64,000 nucleotides of DNA from Paraspadella gotoi (taxonomy: Eukaryota > Animalia > Chaetognatha). The notes below the pieces were generated by a model. The model had not been told where the DNA came from and did not search any database. It saw only the letters and a list, made by a program, of their open reading frames with translations. The stretch is taken from positions 10,912,507-10,976,506 of the forward strand of contig CM119268.1 in the NCBI GenBank assembly GCA_051294375.1, given 5' to 3'. Within the stretch, counting starts at the first letter, position 1, and the number at the start of each line of letters is the position of its first letter. Shown in pieces: positions 26,110 through 39,286 of the stretch. The translations under genes and the position numbers were made by a program.

Positions 26110-27574
26110 AAGAGAGAAAGGAAGAGAAAGAGAAAGAGAAATTATCGACTGAGGAATTGAAAAATACTTTCACACGCTATTAAAAGATCCTTTATTTTCG
26201 AGACGCACTGCAGACTATACGAACGACTATACGTACTTACCATGTAACACTCATGACTCAAGCGATGCTTGTGGGTAATTTTGAAGCCTAATGAAATGAA
26301 AATCTGAATAATAAAGAGTGGGGAACCATAATAATGAGCGAAATATGTCAAACTACCTAAAATCTGTTTGTCCTCTGCGCTTTTTTCACTCCCTGTGTTT
26401 CTCCTCGCTGTAAAAATATTATCACGAGCCTTGATGAAATAATGAGAAAGGACAACGACAACGCCTAAAAAGAGTGACAGAAGTCTAAGCACAAAAAAAG
26501 GGGAAAGGTGTTCATTTTATTTTTTAAAATGTCAAACTCATTTGTTGTTTTGACTGATGAATTTAAGTCGTGGGTTATGGCTATCTACAGATAAAGCTAA
26601 CGTCATTATGAGCAAAATGATATGAAAATGCCAATGAGATAAATCAAACGTTTAATACGGTTTGAATACTTTATATTTTGACAGAGACTCAAGAGAAAAA
26701 CATTGTTGCTATTTACTTAACAATCTGAGATATATTTTTTTTTTAAAAAACTTCAATTTTTGGGTTTAAATTTTTTGTTTCTTTCAAAAGGGAAACGAAG
26801 GAGATAGTTTGACATTTCGCAAGGACTGTTTCGTTATCTACTCCGGCATCATCTCTCTCTCTCTCTCTCTCTCTCACATATTATTATTTTTTTCTTTCCT
26901 ATTCTATCTCTTCTCCATCTTTTCCCTTCCTCTGTCTCTCTCTCTTCTTCCCCGTCGATCAAATAATCACTTCTCTCCTTTCCTCTTTTGTTTGTCCCAA
27001 CCCCTCGACCTCAGCCCTTCCTTTTCCCTCCCCCTTAAATTTTTGAATACGTTCTGTCCCTACATATTCTTCCCCAGCATTCCTTCCTTCCCCCTTCATT
27101 TTATTTACCTCCGCGCCAATCTCCTTTTCGTCTTCCCTTCTCCCCCCAACCCTTACCTTCCATCCCCGACCTTTCAAGTTCCTGCTTTCCTTCTACAAAT
27201 CCCCAGAGAGAGAGAGACAGACAGAGAGAGAGAGAAAATCGCACACACGGGCGAGGATCGTAAGCAAAATTTTTTCTAGAAAAAAAAATAAAATAAATGA
27301 AGCAGGTATATTTGTATGAACTAATAACCTCAGGCCAAATCAAGATTTAGTGCCTTTTGCTTTAATGAAAGTGTTTTTTAATGTGTATAATTAGCCATTA
27401 ACATTTTGGATATCCATTTATCATTGTACAAGCAAAAAAAGATAGGGAAAAAAAACGTTCGAGTATGAAATTGAAAAAGTTGTTTATCTTTCATTACGAA
27501 CTTGAGAGAAAAACATGTATCGTCTTATTCGCTTTCTTCTCTCCCTCTCNNNNNNNNNNNNNNNNNNNNNNNNN

Positions 27575-27601
27575 TGATAACCGCAGTTGGAATCAACATT
27601 T

Positions 27602-27685
<84 letters not shown>

Positions 27686-29623
27686 GAGGAGAGAAGAGAG
27701 AGAGGGAGAAGAAGAAAGCGGGCTCAGCAAATTAGGCGCTAGAGTGGCGGCGGCAGCGTCGACTCCCTGGAGATACTTCTTCGCCGAGACGTTGACTGGA
27801 CGATTCGACGCCGTCGCCCCAACCCACTTTCGCCGAAGGGCGTCAACCGCTTCGTAGCTGTAAGGGATCTTCTATCAATTTAATTATTTAATGCATTTTA
27901 ATTTAATTCATTTAATGAAAGAAAAAAAAATATTTGGTTATCCTTGATTCGCTAGATTTCGAGAGAGGTCGCGTCAATCTCGACAACGTCTTTGATCGTC
28001 GAAAACATCGCTAGTATGTGCGCGATTCATACCGAGATTTCGACCTCGGAAATGAAAATAACACAAGCAGTAGCGATCTCAGCCGAAATAATTCCGTTAA
28101 AATTAAGGAGAGCCGCTGGAGCATAGCTGGGAAAAGATATACTAAATATTGTTACTATAAACTAGAATAAGTTATCATTTCTTATCGTAGGGGGAGGCGT
28201 TGTTATGACATGTGTTCCTAGGGGGGCGGTTTTACGTATAATGTACATTGTGCACTCAGTGTGAAAAAAAAGCGCCTTACTTTTGATAACTTTAAATTCC
28301 AAGACTAAATAGGATGTATATATTCACAAGCAATTATATAATTATAAAAAATAAAATTCATGTATATAAGTTTTAATCATATAATCAGTTCGAGTAGTTT
28401 AATAAGATATGGTTTTTACCCCACCCGACTCCGCAAGAGTTGGGTCGACGAATTTTAAGATAAGAAATTAAATATCATTTATATGTGTTCAGTATCTTAA
28501 CCTATTTTTCTACTTATTTTTTAATAAATTGTATATAATTATTATTTTAGAGATCTGGGTTAATCCAGGTTATCCTCTATCAATGGGTGGGAACAGCACG
28601 GATGTGGATTCCGTTGTAATTCTTTTAAAAAAATTACAAAGCATATAAAATATAAGAAAAGAAGATTATCTTAATAAATTCAAATTTTTTTACGTTTAAG
28701 TTTTGCTGTGGAAGTACTTTCATTTAATGCCTCCAAACTGATAGCCCTTATTTTGATAAATTTTACCAAATATAAAATTATCGGATCTTTTAATAATTTT
28801 ATTTATTTTTAAAGTTTTCAATCAATTTAATATATATGGTGATTGTTAAAGGCCGATATATAAAGTGACGCGTTTTTTTGCGACATGACTTACTTACCGT
28901 ACCATCTTTTAACTTTAGACGCGGGCCCACAGTTGGCAAGTGTGTTCAGTACGAGCCTACCGCCGGAAACAGGACGGCAAGAAATTTCGTAAGCTGCCTG
29001 CTATCGAAAAGGTACAAGAGCTCCGATACGGCTTCCGGGGCGGAATGTTTAGATCAAAAGGATAGAAATATTGACTTGCTACTCGATCCTCATTCTCGCG
29101 TACGAGTTAATGCTGATCCAAGTGATATATTATATATATTATATATGATATATTACTTTTTTTTCAAATATAGCTTGTTCGTCACCAGCCATGAGTATCT
29201 TGCTTTAGCTAGAGCGTGGTCTCTTTTCAGCGTATCATTTAGTAAACAGAAGAAGTCTGACGAATGACGAGAGTGTCTTATGACGATCCCAAAATTCAAC
29301 GACTGGTTGACCTTCTCTTAAAACAACTCTCGACAGAACCTTTTCATGGCGAAAAGCAGGTGACTGGCTAGTAGAACACACGACAGGTATCTTAGGCCTC
29401 TCACAGCAGTCCACTCCTGCATGGTTGAAGTTCATTGTTCGCTTTTTTAATCCTTTTTAATTTTTTTTCGCCGGAGCGAGAGAGAGTTCCCGTAAAGCAT
29501 TGGTAAATAACAAATGCATTATTTATTATTTTGAAAAATGCGACTAATCTAGACTGAAAGCTCAATATTGGGCGCAAAAACTCTCTCTGATAGAATAAAC
29601 GATATAAATATATTAAAGTTAAA
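27575..29623. repeat. Block A, first copy (inverted duplicate of 31120-33167)
   Basis: ORFs 28878..29267(+)/31476..31865(-) and 29235..29435(-)/31308..31508(+) translate identically. Mirrored coordinates sum to 60743 across the core. Confidence 0.97.
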
Positions 29624-30037
29624 TGGATCCACGATGTAATATTTCATGGTGGATATAAACATCCGCGCATTGATGGAATCAACAGCATTGTCGTTGCTTC
29701 TTTTGTGAAAGAACCTGTATTTCTGATTTTTTATTTAAGCTTCTTGCGATGTTTTTCCCGGGGAGATTTAACTGTCGATATTGTATGAGAAAAATAGATG
29801 GAGCCTTTAGAGTTTATTCGGGAAAGATATATTTGGCGTCAAAAGTTCCTCTCTCTAAAAATAGTCAGTTATACATATTGCGATATTAATATGAAGAAGT
29901 TGACAATTTGAAAAGCGAGGCTATACTTCGAAATAATTATCATTGCCATTGGTGGTATTTGTGGGCAATACGAGATAATAAAAAGTCGACATTTGTAAAG
30001 CAGACATAGAGAGAGACCTTTTCCGAGAGAAAACGCG

Positions 30038-30095
<58 letters not shown>

Positions 30096-31094
30096 ATTTA
30101 ATTTCCGCCTCATTTTTCCCCATTCACGTCGGCAATGACGTTTGCTTCCCGACCAATCGTATTTATTCATTGACTTGAATGAAATTACAAGATTCGTTCT
30201 CGACTGAAGTGGTCATTCGCGATTCGACGTCAAAGCAAAAAATCTTGAACGTTGTCATGGAAACGAAAACGAAGAGGTGGCAAACAACGCTTCTGTTTTA
30301 AAAAAATGTTTTTTTTTTTTTTTTTTTTAAATCGATGAGTTCGCGAAGAAACGTATGAAAAAATGGTGGGCTTTTCTTCGTTGTTCGCACAACGAAATAA
30401 ATGATGGCATCTTTCTCCCGAAAAGAGAAACAAAAAAAAAAAAAATGCCTCATTTTCAAAAACATGAAAATAGGCTTTTGTTTGATGTCCATGGAAAAAA
30501 ATGTCAAAACAAGTTGCGTGGCGCGAAAACAAGGCGCATTACTTTTCTTTTATCTTTAGAGGGACTTTGTTTTTTCCAAAAAACACTTCGTACAGTTTCT
30601 GATTCTTTTTTCGTTCATTTATTATTACCTTTCGTTCGAACGATGAGAAAATTCCAGCGTGATTTTAGTAATAGAGTTTGAATTCAGAGACAAATAATAA
30701 TATTTTTTTTGGTTTAAGTTTTGATTTGAGAATTTCTTATTTTTTTTCATTTACGAAAGTTTTACGTTTTTCTTAGAACTTACCTAACCTTGCATCTCCA
30801 GATGTTTTAAGTTGTTTATTCAGATGAAGTTTAAAAAACAATTGTATATATTATCAATATATCTGCGAAACGAGCTTGTTTCGCGCGATTTACCTTTGGA
30901 ACGTGATCTCGTTTCCTTTCATGGTTTTTTCGTGTTTTGTTTTTCTTCCTTTGTTTCGTAGCTGGGTTTTTTTTTTTTTTTTGGTCAGATTCTCAGCCAA
31001 AACTGCGACGATTTTTTTTCTTTTCTCTTTTCGAGCCTCGGCGCGCGTCGCGAAAAAGGAGGATCTCCTTGTCTTTCTATATTCGTTTCTCGGC
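29624..31094. repeat. Block B, first copy (direct duplicate of 33168-34650)
   Basis: Both copies begin tggatccacgatgta and are collinear for about 1.5 kb, with frequent 1-nt indels. Confidence 0.95.
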
Positions 31095-31119
31095 NNNNNN
31101 NNNNNNNNNNNNNNNNNNN

Positions 31120-33060
31120 TTTAACTTTAATATATTTATATCGTTTATTCTATCAGAGAGAGTTTTTGCGCCCAATATTGAGCTTTCAGTCTAGATTAGT
31201 CGCATTTTTCAAAATAATAAATAATGCATTTGTTATTTACCAATGCTTTACGGGAACTCTCTCTCGCTCCGGCGAAAAAAAATTAAAAAGGATTAAAAAA
31301 GCGAACAATGAACTTCAACCATGCAGGAGTGGACTGCTGTGAGAGGCCTAAGATACCTGTCGTGTGTTCTACTAGCCAGTCACCTGCTTTTCGCCATGAA
31401 AAGGTTCTGTCGAGAGTTGTTTTAAGAGAAGGTCAACCAGTCGTTGAATTTTGGGATCGTCATAAGACACTCTCGTCATTCGTCAGACTTCTTCTGTTTA
31501 CTAAATGATACGCTGAAAAGAGACCACGCTCTAGCTAAAGCAAGATACTCATGGCTGGTGACGAACAAGCTATATTTGAAAAAAAAGTAATATATCATAT
31601 ATAATATATATAATATATCACTTGGATCAGCATTAACTCGTACGCGAGAATGAGGATCGAGTAGCAAGTCAATATTTCTATCCTTTTGATCTAAACATTC
31701 CGCCCCGGAAGCCGTATCGGAGCTCTTGTACCTTTTCGATAGCAGGCAGCTTACGAAATTTCTTGCCGTCCTGTTTCCGGCGGTAGGCTCGTACTGAACA
31801 CACTTGCCAACTGTGGGCCCGCGTCTAAAGTTAAAAGATGGTACGGTAAGTAAGTCATGTCGCAAAAAAACGCGTCACTTTATATATCGGCCTTTAACAA
31901 TCACCATATATATTAAATTGATTGAAAACTTTAAAAATAAATAAAATTATTAAAAGATCCGATAATTTTATATTTGGTAAAATTTATCAAAATAAGGGCT
32001 ATCAGTTTGGAGGCATTAAATGAAAGTACTTCCACAGCAAAACTTAAACGTAAAAAAATTTGAATTTATTAAGATAATCTTCTTTTCTTATATTTTATAT
32101 GCTTTGTAATTTTTTTAAAAGAATTACAACGGAATCCACATCCGTGCTGTTCCCACCCATTGATAGAGGATAACCTGGATTAACCCAGATCTCTAAAATA
32201 ATAATTATATACAATTTATTAAAAAATAAGTAGAAAAATAGGTTAAGATACTGAACACATATAAATGATATTTAATTTCTTATCTTAAAATTCGTCGACC
32301 CAACTCTTGCGGAGTCGGGTGGGGTAAAAACCATATCTTATTAAACTACTCGAACTGATTATATGATTAAAACTTATATACATGAATTTTATTTTTTATA
32401 ATTATATAATTGCTTGTGAATATATACATCCTATTTAGTCTTGGAATTTAAAGTTATCAAAAGTAAGGCGCTTTTTTTTCACACTGAGTGCACAATGTAC
32501 ATTATACGTAAAACCGCCCCCCTAGGAACACATGTCATAACAACGCCTCCCCCTACGATAAGAAATGATAACTTATTCTAGTTTATAGTAACAATATTTA
32601 GTATATCTTTTCCCAGCTATGCTCCAGCGGCTCTCCTTAATTTTAACGGAATTATTTCGGCTGAGATCGCTACTGCTTGTGTTATTTTCATTTCCGAGGT
32701 CGAAATCTCGGTATGAATCGCGCACATACTAGCGATGTTTTCGACGATCAAAGACGTTGTCGAGATTGACGCGACCTCTCTCGAAATCTAGCGAATCAAG
32801 GATAACCAAATATTTTTTTTTCTTTCATTAAATGAATTAAATTAAAATGCATTAAATAATTAAATTGATAGAAGATCCCTTACAGCTACGAAGCGGTTGA
32901 CGCCCTTCGGCGAAAGTGGGTTGGGGCGACGGCGTCGAATCGTCCAGTCAACGTCTCGGCGAAGAAGTATCTCCAGGGAGTCGACGCTGCCGCCGCCACT
33001 CTAGCGCCTAATTTGCTGAGCCCGCTTTCTTCTTCTCCCTCTCTCTCTCTCTCCTCTCTC

Positions 33061-33103
<43 letters not shown>

Positions 33104-33167
33104 ACTCCTCTCTCTCTCTCTCTCTTCTCTCCCTCTCTCTTCAAATGTTTATTCCACTGCGTTATCA
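31120..33167. repeat. Block A, second (inverted) copy
   Basis: Reverse complement of 27575-29623. Begins immediately after a 25-N gap. Confidence 0.97.
31838..33035 (+). CDS. Candidate small spliced ORF of unknown function (exons 31838-31845 and 32886-~33035; mirror copy on the minus strand at 28905-28898 and 27857-~27710)
   Basis: aagATGGTACG|GTAAGT donor and cccttacag|CTAC acceptor are phase-compatible, giving MVRYEAVDALRRKWVGATASNRPVNVSAKKYLQGVDAAAATLAPNLLSPLSSS... There is an in-frame stop just before the ATG, and GC-box/ETS-like motifs upstream (ccgccccggaag at ~31700). No homology recognised. Confidence 0.4.
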
Positions 33168-34650
33168 TGGATCCACGATGTAAATATTCATTGTGGGATA
33201 TAAACATCCGCGCATTGCATGCGAATCAACAGCATGTGTTTGTGCTTCTTTGCTGAAAGAACCTGTATTTCTGATTTTTTATTAAGCTTCTTGCGATGTT
33301 TTTTCCGGGGAGGGGAGATTTAACTGTCGATATTTTATGAAAAAAATAGATGGTAGCCCTTATAGAGTTTATTCGGAAAGATATATTGGCGTCAAAGTTC
33401 TCTCTCTCTAAACAATAGTCAGTTTACATTATTGCTGATATAATATGAGAAGTTGACAATTGAAAACAGGATTACCGTATTATCATTGCATTGGTGTATT
33501 GTGGCAATACGAGATAATTAAAAGTCGACATTTTGCTAAAGCAGACATAGAGAGACCTTTTCCCGAGAGAAAACCGCGAACAATCTCTCTCTCTCAATCT
33601 CTCTCTCTCTCTCCTCTCTCTCCTCTCTCTTCTCTTCTCCTGTCTCTATTTAATTATCCGCCTCATTTTCCCCATTCACGTCAGGCAATGACGTTTTGGG
33701 CTTCCCGACCAATTCGTATTTTTCATTGACTTGAATGAAAATTACAAAAGATTCGTTCTCGACTGAAGTGGTCATTCGCGAATTTCGGAACGTCAAAGCA
33801 AAAATCTTGAACGTTGTTCATTGGAAACGAAAACGAAGAGGGTTGGCAAACAACGCTTCTGTTTTATAAAAATGTTTGTTTTTTTTTTTTTAAATCTGAT
33901 GAGTTCGCGAAGAAACGTATGAAAAATGGTGGTTTTTCTCGTTGTTCGGCACAACGAAATAAATGATGGGCATCTTTCTTCCGAAAAAAGAAACAAAAAA
34001 ACAAAAAAGGGCTCATTTCAAAAACATGAAAATAAGGCTTTTGTTTGATGTCATGGAAAAAAAATTGTCAAAACAAGTTGGTGGGCGAAAACAAGGCGCA
34101 TTACTTTTCTTTTATCTTCAGAGGGAACTTTGTTTTTTCCAAAAAACACTCGTACAGTTTCTGATTCTTTTTTCGTTCATTTATTAATTTACCTTTCGTT
34201 CGAACGATGAGAAAATTCCAGGTGATTTTAGATAAGAGAGTTTGAATCAAGAGACAAATAATAATATTTTTTTTTTTTTTTTGGTTTAAGTTTGATTTGA
34301 GAATCTTATTTTTTTCATCGTTAGAAGTTTCGTTTCTTCGAACTTACCTAACCTTGGCATTCCAGATGTTTTAAGTTGTTATCAGATGAAGTTTTAAAAA
34401 CAATTGTATATATTATACATAATCTTTTAGCGAATACGAGCTGTTTCGCGCGATTTACCTTTGGAACGTGAATCCTCGTTTCCTTTCATGTTTTTTTCGT
34501 GTTTTGTTTTTCTTCCTTTGTTTCGTAGCTGGTTTTTTTTTTTTTTTGTCAGATTCTAGCAAAACTGCGACGATTTTTTTTCTTTCTCTTTTCGAGCCTC
34601 GGCGCGCGTCGCGAAAAGAAGGATCTCCTTGTCTTTCTATATTCGTCTCG
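33168..34650. repeat. Block B, second copy
   Basis: Direct, indel-rich duplicate of 29624-31094. Confidence 0.95.
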
Positions 34651-36097
34651 CTCTCTCTCTCTCTCTCTCCCTCTCGACGTCGTTGGAAGAGGAAGAGCGA
34701 GAGCGAGAGGAACGAGCGCGACGTGAGAACCAAAAAAAAAAAATCAGAATTTTGTTTTGATAGAAGAAGCGTAAAAAAAGCTTAATAGTAACCATTTGGT
34801 AACAGGTTAAAACAAGCAATTTGTAACAGTAAAAAATAGTCCTTTACGATAAATAGCATTATTAGCCCTGATATTGTTATTTTAAAATCTTTATTGTTCA
34901 TTTTGTAAATTTGCTGAACATTAACCGTCACTCTAAGTACTATGTCACCACATTATTAAGTGATTGGAGGAGCGTATGCAATGAATAGAACAGCATATAT
35001 ATTATATAATATATAATATATATTATATATACAACGTTCTATATCGACTACGGCACCAAATTGAATTGAAACGCTTTTTCATAAAAGGGACGTCTTTCTT
35101 TGTCGCTTCTTGTTAAGCAAAGTAGATTTCTTATAGTGGCGGAGATACAAACAAGTACATCCAAGTCAACAACGAAGGATGTAGGCGTGGTTTATTACGT
35201 GAGAAAAAGGAGGAGTTTTATTGACGTAAGAACACGTTGGGATAATGATAATGATAATTAATATACAAAATATGTAGATTATGCAGAGAAAAGGCAGGCA
35301 ATCAAGAAGTTATTGTTGAGAAGAAGTGTTGTCGAGAAGTGTTCATAAAAAAAAAACTAGAATCAAAAACTTTCAATTGTAATTCTCATCTTGATATTAT
35401 TATTTGTTCTTCAAAGATTCAAGTTTGAATCCGGTTCTAGTCTCTTATGACTTGTCATTGTTTTTTTTTCCTCCCTTGAGAAACTGTATTGATCGTGCAA
35501 AAGCTCATTATGTTGGATTAGTTGGAATTATGAAGACGAGGAAAAACAAAAGAACGCGAGGTCTCCAAGATCGATATTCGATAATCATAATGGCAATTTC
35601 TCTTCAAGTNNNNNNNNNNTTTAAATCAAATGTATCAAAATAATTTTTTGGTCATAGTTTATTTTATATTTTTATATCTCTGTAAAATTCAATCATGCAA
35701 TACGGTTTTATTCTGTGTTAAAAAAGGGGCTACTTTTTTTTTTGCGCCGCAGTGTATAAAACTATTAAAACCCGTTCATATATTTTGGCCTTGGTAACGT
35801 CACCGCTGAAAAAAATTGAAAGTTATGATTTGAGTTATAAAAAAGTGACTAGGTATGCACTTTATTACTCTGCGAATTTGCCTGAAAAAAAAAAAGAATA
35901 AAAGATAGGTAGATGAACTTTTGGTGATTTTGCAATGACGAACAAAGAAAGAAGAGCAAAACAAAAAAAATGAACAAAAAACTAAACTTTTCCTTGAAAA
36001 TTCGACGTGGGTCTCTCCCGGGCGAAAACGAGCGATCGACAGCGCCCATGTGTCAGATCTAATTAGAGGCTTCATGAATATCGGAGAAGGGGGCGCT

Positions 36098-36133
<36 letters not shown>

Positions 36134-37364
36134 NNNNNNNNNNNNNNNNNNNNNNNNNNNNNNNNNNNNNNNNNNNNNNNNNNNNNNNNNNNNNNNNNNN
36201 NNNNNNNNNNNNNNNNNNNNNNNNNNNNNNNNNNNNNNNNNNNNNNNNNNNNNNNNNNNNNNNNNNNNNNNNNNNNNNNNNNNNNNNNNNNNNNNNNNNN
36301 NNNNNNNNNNNNNNNNNNNNNNNNNNTTTTCTTTTTTTTTTAATTTCAGGGAGCGATGAATTGTAAAGTGGAATTTCGAATTCGAAATAATGTTTCAAAT
36401 TTTTCACAAAGTTAATACGAAAAAATATGGTTTGCTCAGTTTTAAAGCGTACAAAAGTTAAGATATTATAATAACAATAAAATTGAAAATTGGAAAAGTA
36501 AAAAAAAAGCAAAGCGACTATCTAAAGAATATTACTATAATATTACTATTACTTTTTTATCCATTTCTTTGTCTCTTCTACTTTTATTTCTAGTATTTGT
36601 TTCCTCAGCTCCGGAGGTTTCTAAAAACTAAATATTTTTCCGACCACAAATCGGCATCCCAAGAATGTTTTTTGTAAAAATTAGCCTAATTAGCTAGCTC
36701 TTTAGCTCCCCGTTTTCCGCTAATGCAAACGATGTTTCGTTATTGTCTTACTAGAGGATTTATTCGTTGTTTCAGTTAAAATATAATTCAAAATAAACAT
36801 CTAGTCTTCTTATTCTAAGCTTGAGTCTACTCTCGTGGCGTCCCCCCCAAAAAAAAATAAAAGCTTTGATGATTAATGATTAATGAGCTACATTTTTTTT
36901 TTATCCCAGAATATTCTTTATCCAACCTGTCACGATCGGCAGTTACGTTATATCGTATGAACTCTTATCTTGACTTTTGTGAACAGATAGGCGTCGATAA
37001 TTGTTGAGTTTCAAAATTGAAAAAAATGCGAAAGGACAAGTTGGAAATAAATAAATATCTATATTTAAATAAATATTTCTGAGGCGTATGATGACGGAAA
37101 TACGTTCACGATATGTATTTGTGTAATTTTTTTTACAATTTTCGATCCGTCTGCTTTTATACATGCCAATCGTCATTACGATGTAATGAAATTGATATGA
37201 AAGGTCAACACTTTTAATGAATTTAATTAAAAGGTTAATTCATCCGCTTCTTGAAAAATGAGAGAGAATAAGACAGAAAGAGATTTTAATGTTACTCCTA
37301 CGGCTATTTAGTATCTACTTCCTTAGTTTTACTTTTTTTAAATTTTACATTTCCTCACTTTTAG

Positions 37365-37496
37365 GTTTGTGCCTTTCAACGTGAGATACGTGGATTGTCC
37401 AAATAGGCAGGGAAACGAGGACAGGGTGCCATGTTTTCTGGCCGGAGATCTTCGGGCCAACGAGCAATCAGCCTTACCGCAATGCACACTGTTTGG
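37365..37496 (+). CDS. PXDN: Peroxidasin exon, peroxidase domain (distal Arg / heme-ester Glu motif)
   Basis: ttag|G...TGG|gtga. Translates FVPFNVRYVDCPNRQGNEDRVPCFLAGDLRANEQS-x-LTAMHTVW, matching the PCFLAGDxRANEQxGLTxMHTxW motif of animal heme peroxidases. One base is missing after RANEQS. Confidence 0.9.
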
Positions 37497-37771
37497 GTGA
37501 TTTTATCGGAGGCGAGTTAAAAGATTCCGTTTTAGTGGGATGAAACGATTGAGGGTATGGCGCAGGTGTTGTCAGATTGTTCAAAGTAAGTCCAAAAGTG
37601 AACAATGTGAGCTTGTAAAACAAATGTTCATTTTGATCAGTACGGCGCAACTGCCTTTCTGTAAAATACCTAATTGCGAATACTATCTGCTTGCGTCTAA
37701 CGATCTTTTTCGCTATGTTTTTGGTAATTAAAAAAAGATCAATGATTTATTTAGTTTATTTTCTCTTATAG

Positions 37772-37911
37772 GTTCGAGAACACAACCGCGTGCGGAGCGA
37801 CTGGGCGAAGTGAATCACACTGGGACGCGGACACTGTTTATCAAGAATCGCGAAAAATCGTCGGCGGCGTCATGCAGCACATCACCTTCAAAAGTGGCTC
37901 CGAAATACTAG
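37772..37911 (+). CDS. PXDN: Peroxidasin exon, peroxidase domain
   Basis: tatag|GTT. Reads VREHNRV(A)ERLGEVN(P)[28 protein letters not shown](P)K(I)LG after restoring several single-base deletions, mostly in short homopolymers. Confidence 0.88.
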
Positions 37912-38162
37912 TGTGTGTTCTTGAATATAATTAGGCGGAAGATTTGAATTTTTTATTATCATTTTTAAGACTTTGAAAAGAAAGCGGGAATGAGGGTGGG
38001 AAGCCGCCACACAGATCGTCGTCGAGCGAGGTGTTTGGCGAAATTTTCAAAGAAATTGGTACAACCGATAAAAAATTATCCATTCGTTCATGGTAAAAAT
38101 AGGACTATTGTGGGCAGCCAAGACTTAAAGCTGCGCTCACTGCTGTCCGTCTGTCAGCCTTC

Positions 38163-38392
38163 GTCTTCAATGGGCTGAGCAGGCTAATTATATTCATTCC
38201 ATCCGGTGGGCGTCCGGGTTCAACTCCTGGTATGCCGTTCTGGCTTAATTGATCGGTGCCCGTATAAACATGCCAGTGACACGAGGCGGTTCACTGGAAG
38301 GGTCCGCAGCCCCCTACGCGCAGTGGTGAGATTACCCCCCGCCCGGGGTATCAAACAGGCTATACTCGCCCCGTTTCATACTTATCTTATCC
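38163..38392 (+). mobile_element. Probable tRNA-derived SINE
   Basis: A-box-like TGGGCTGAGCAGG (38171) and B box GGTTCAACTCC (38217-38227) in a T-arm-like stem, a GC-richer body, and a short CTTAT repeat tail. No full cloverleaf. Confidence 0.45.
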
Positions 38393-39052
38393 TGAATTTG
38401 AAAAAGCTGTAGTGGGATAAGGTCTCAGTTTCTCTCAAATTGTTTTTTCTCTCCGGAGCTTGACTACGTTCATTGCATTATTCTCGTATGTGAATATCAC
38501 GATTACGGGTCTCGAACCCGCGATCTTAGATCTCGGGGCTGGATTTTTAGCGGTTTTCTTGAAGACGGCCGACTTGGTTAATTTAAATTCCGGCGCAGGT
38601 ATAGACGAAAGCTAATCAAGTCATCGTTTGAGTTTTACGACATTTTTAAACGTCTTTTAAACGAATTACCTTTTATTTTCCTCATACCCGTTTGCTTTTC
38701 TGCGCCCCGTGGGAAATAAAAAAAAAATCTAAAGCGACTGTGAATGACAATTAAATTCACCAACCTTTTAACCGCTCGATGAAGGGAATAATTTTTTTTC
38801 TCCTTCAAATTGCAGGATATTCAATTCGAGGTTCGGATCTTAAAACGTCTTTTGTCTTTAGAGATCGTCAGAATTACAATTAACTATTAAGGCCTTCCTT
38901 CCCCCCCCCTTCGGCTCGTATTGATGAATCGACTTTGACTTTTTTTTTTAAATTCAAGATGGCCGGTTAATCTCCATGGGCCGTCGTCGTCGTCGTCGTC
39001 AGTGTTATTCATTCTCTCTCGTTAAGGATTCAGGGAAAAACCATTAACAGCC

Positions 39053-39102
<50 letters not shown>

Positions 39103-39235
39103 ACGTCACGATTTTTCCGACGTCACACTCGGGCTTCCGGTCTACGTCACTCATCGCCGATGACCTAAAGGTGTCCTAAAGTGACTTAGATCGCGGTTTG
39201 ACAGATTTTGACACTGTTGTTTGGTTTGTGACTTG

Positions 39236-39286
39236 ATTCTATTCTATTCTATTCTATTCTATTCTATTCTATTCTATTCTATTCTA
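39236..39286. repeat. (ATTCT)n microsatellite
   Basis: Directly visible tandem array. Confidence 0.95.

Noticed and set aside
28878-29435. ORFs of 129 aa and 66 aa appearing twice as 'conserved paralogues'
   Set aside because: Their identity simply reflects the duplicated block A; no domain evidence.
38495-38535. Minus-strand tRNA T-arm (GCGGG-TTCGAGA-CCCGT)
   Set aside because: No D-arm, anticodon arm or acceptor stem; at most a SINE or tRNA fragment.
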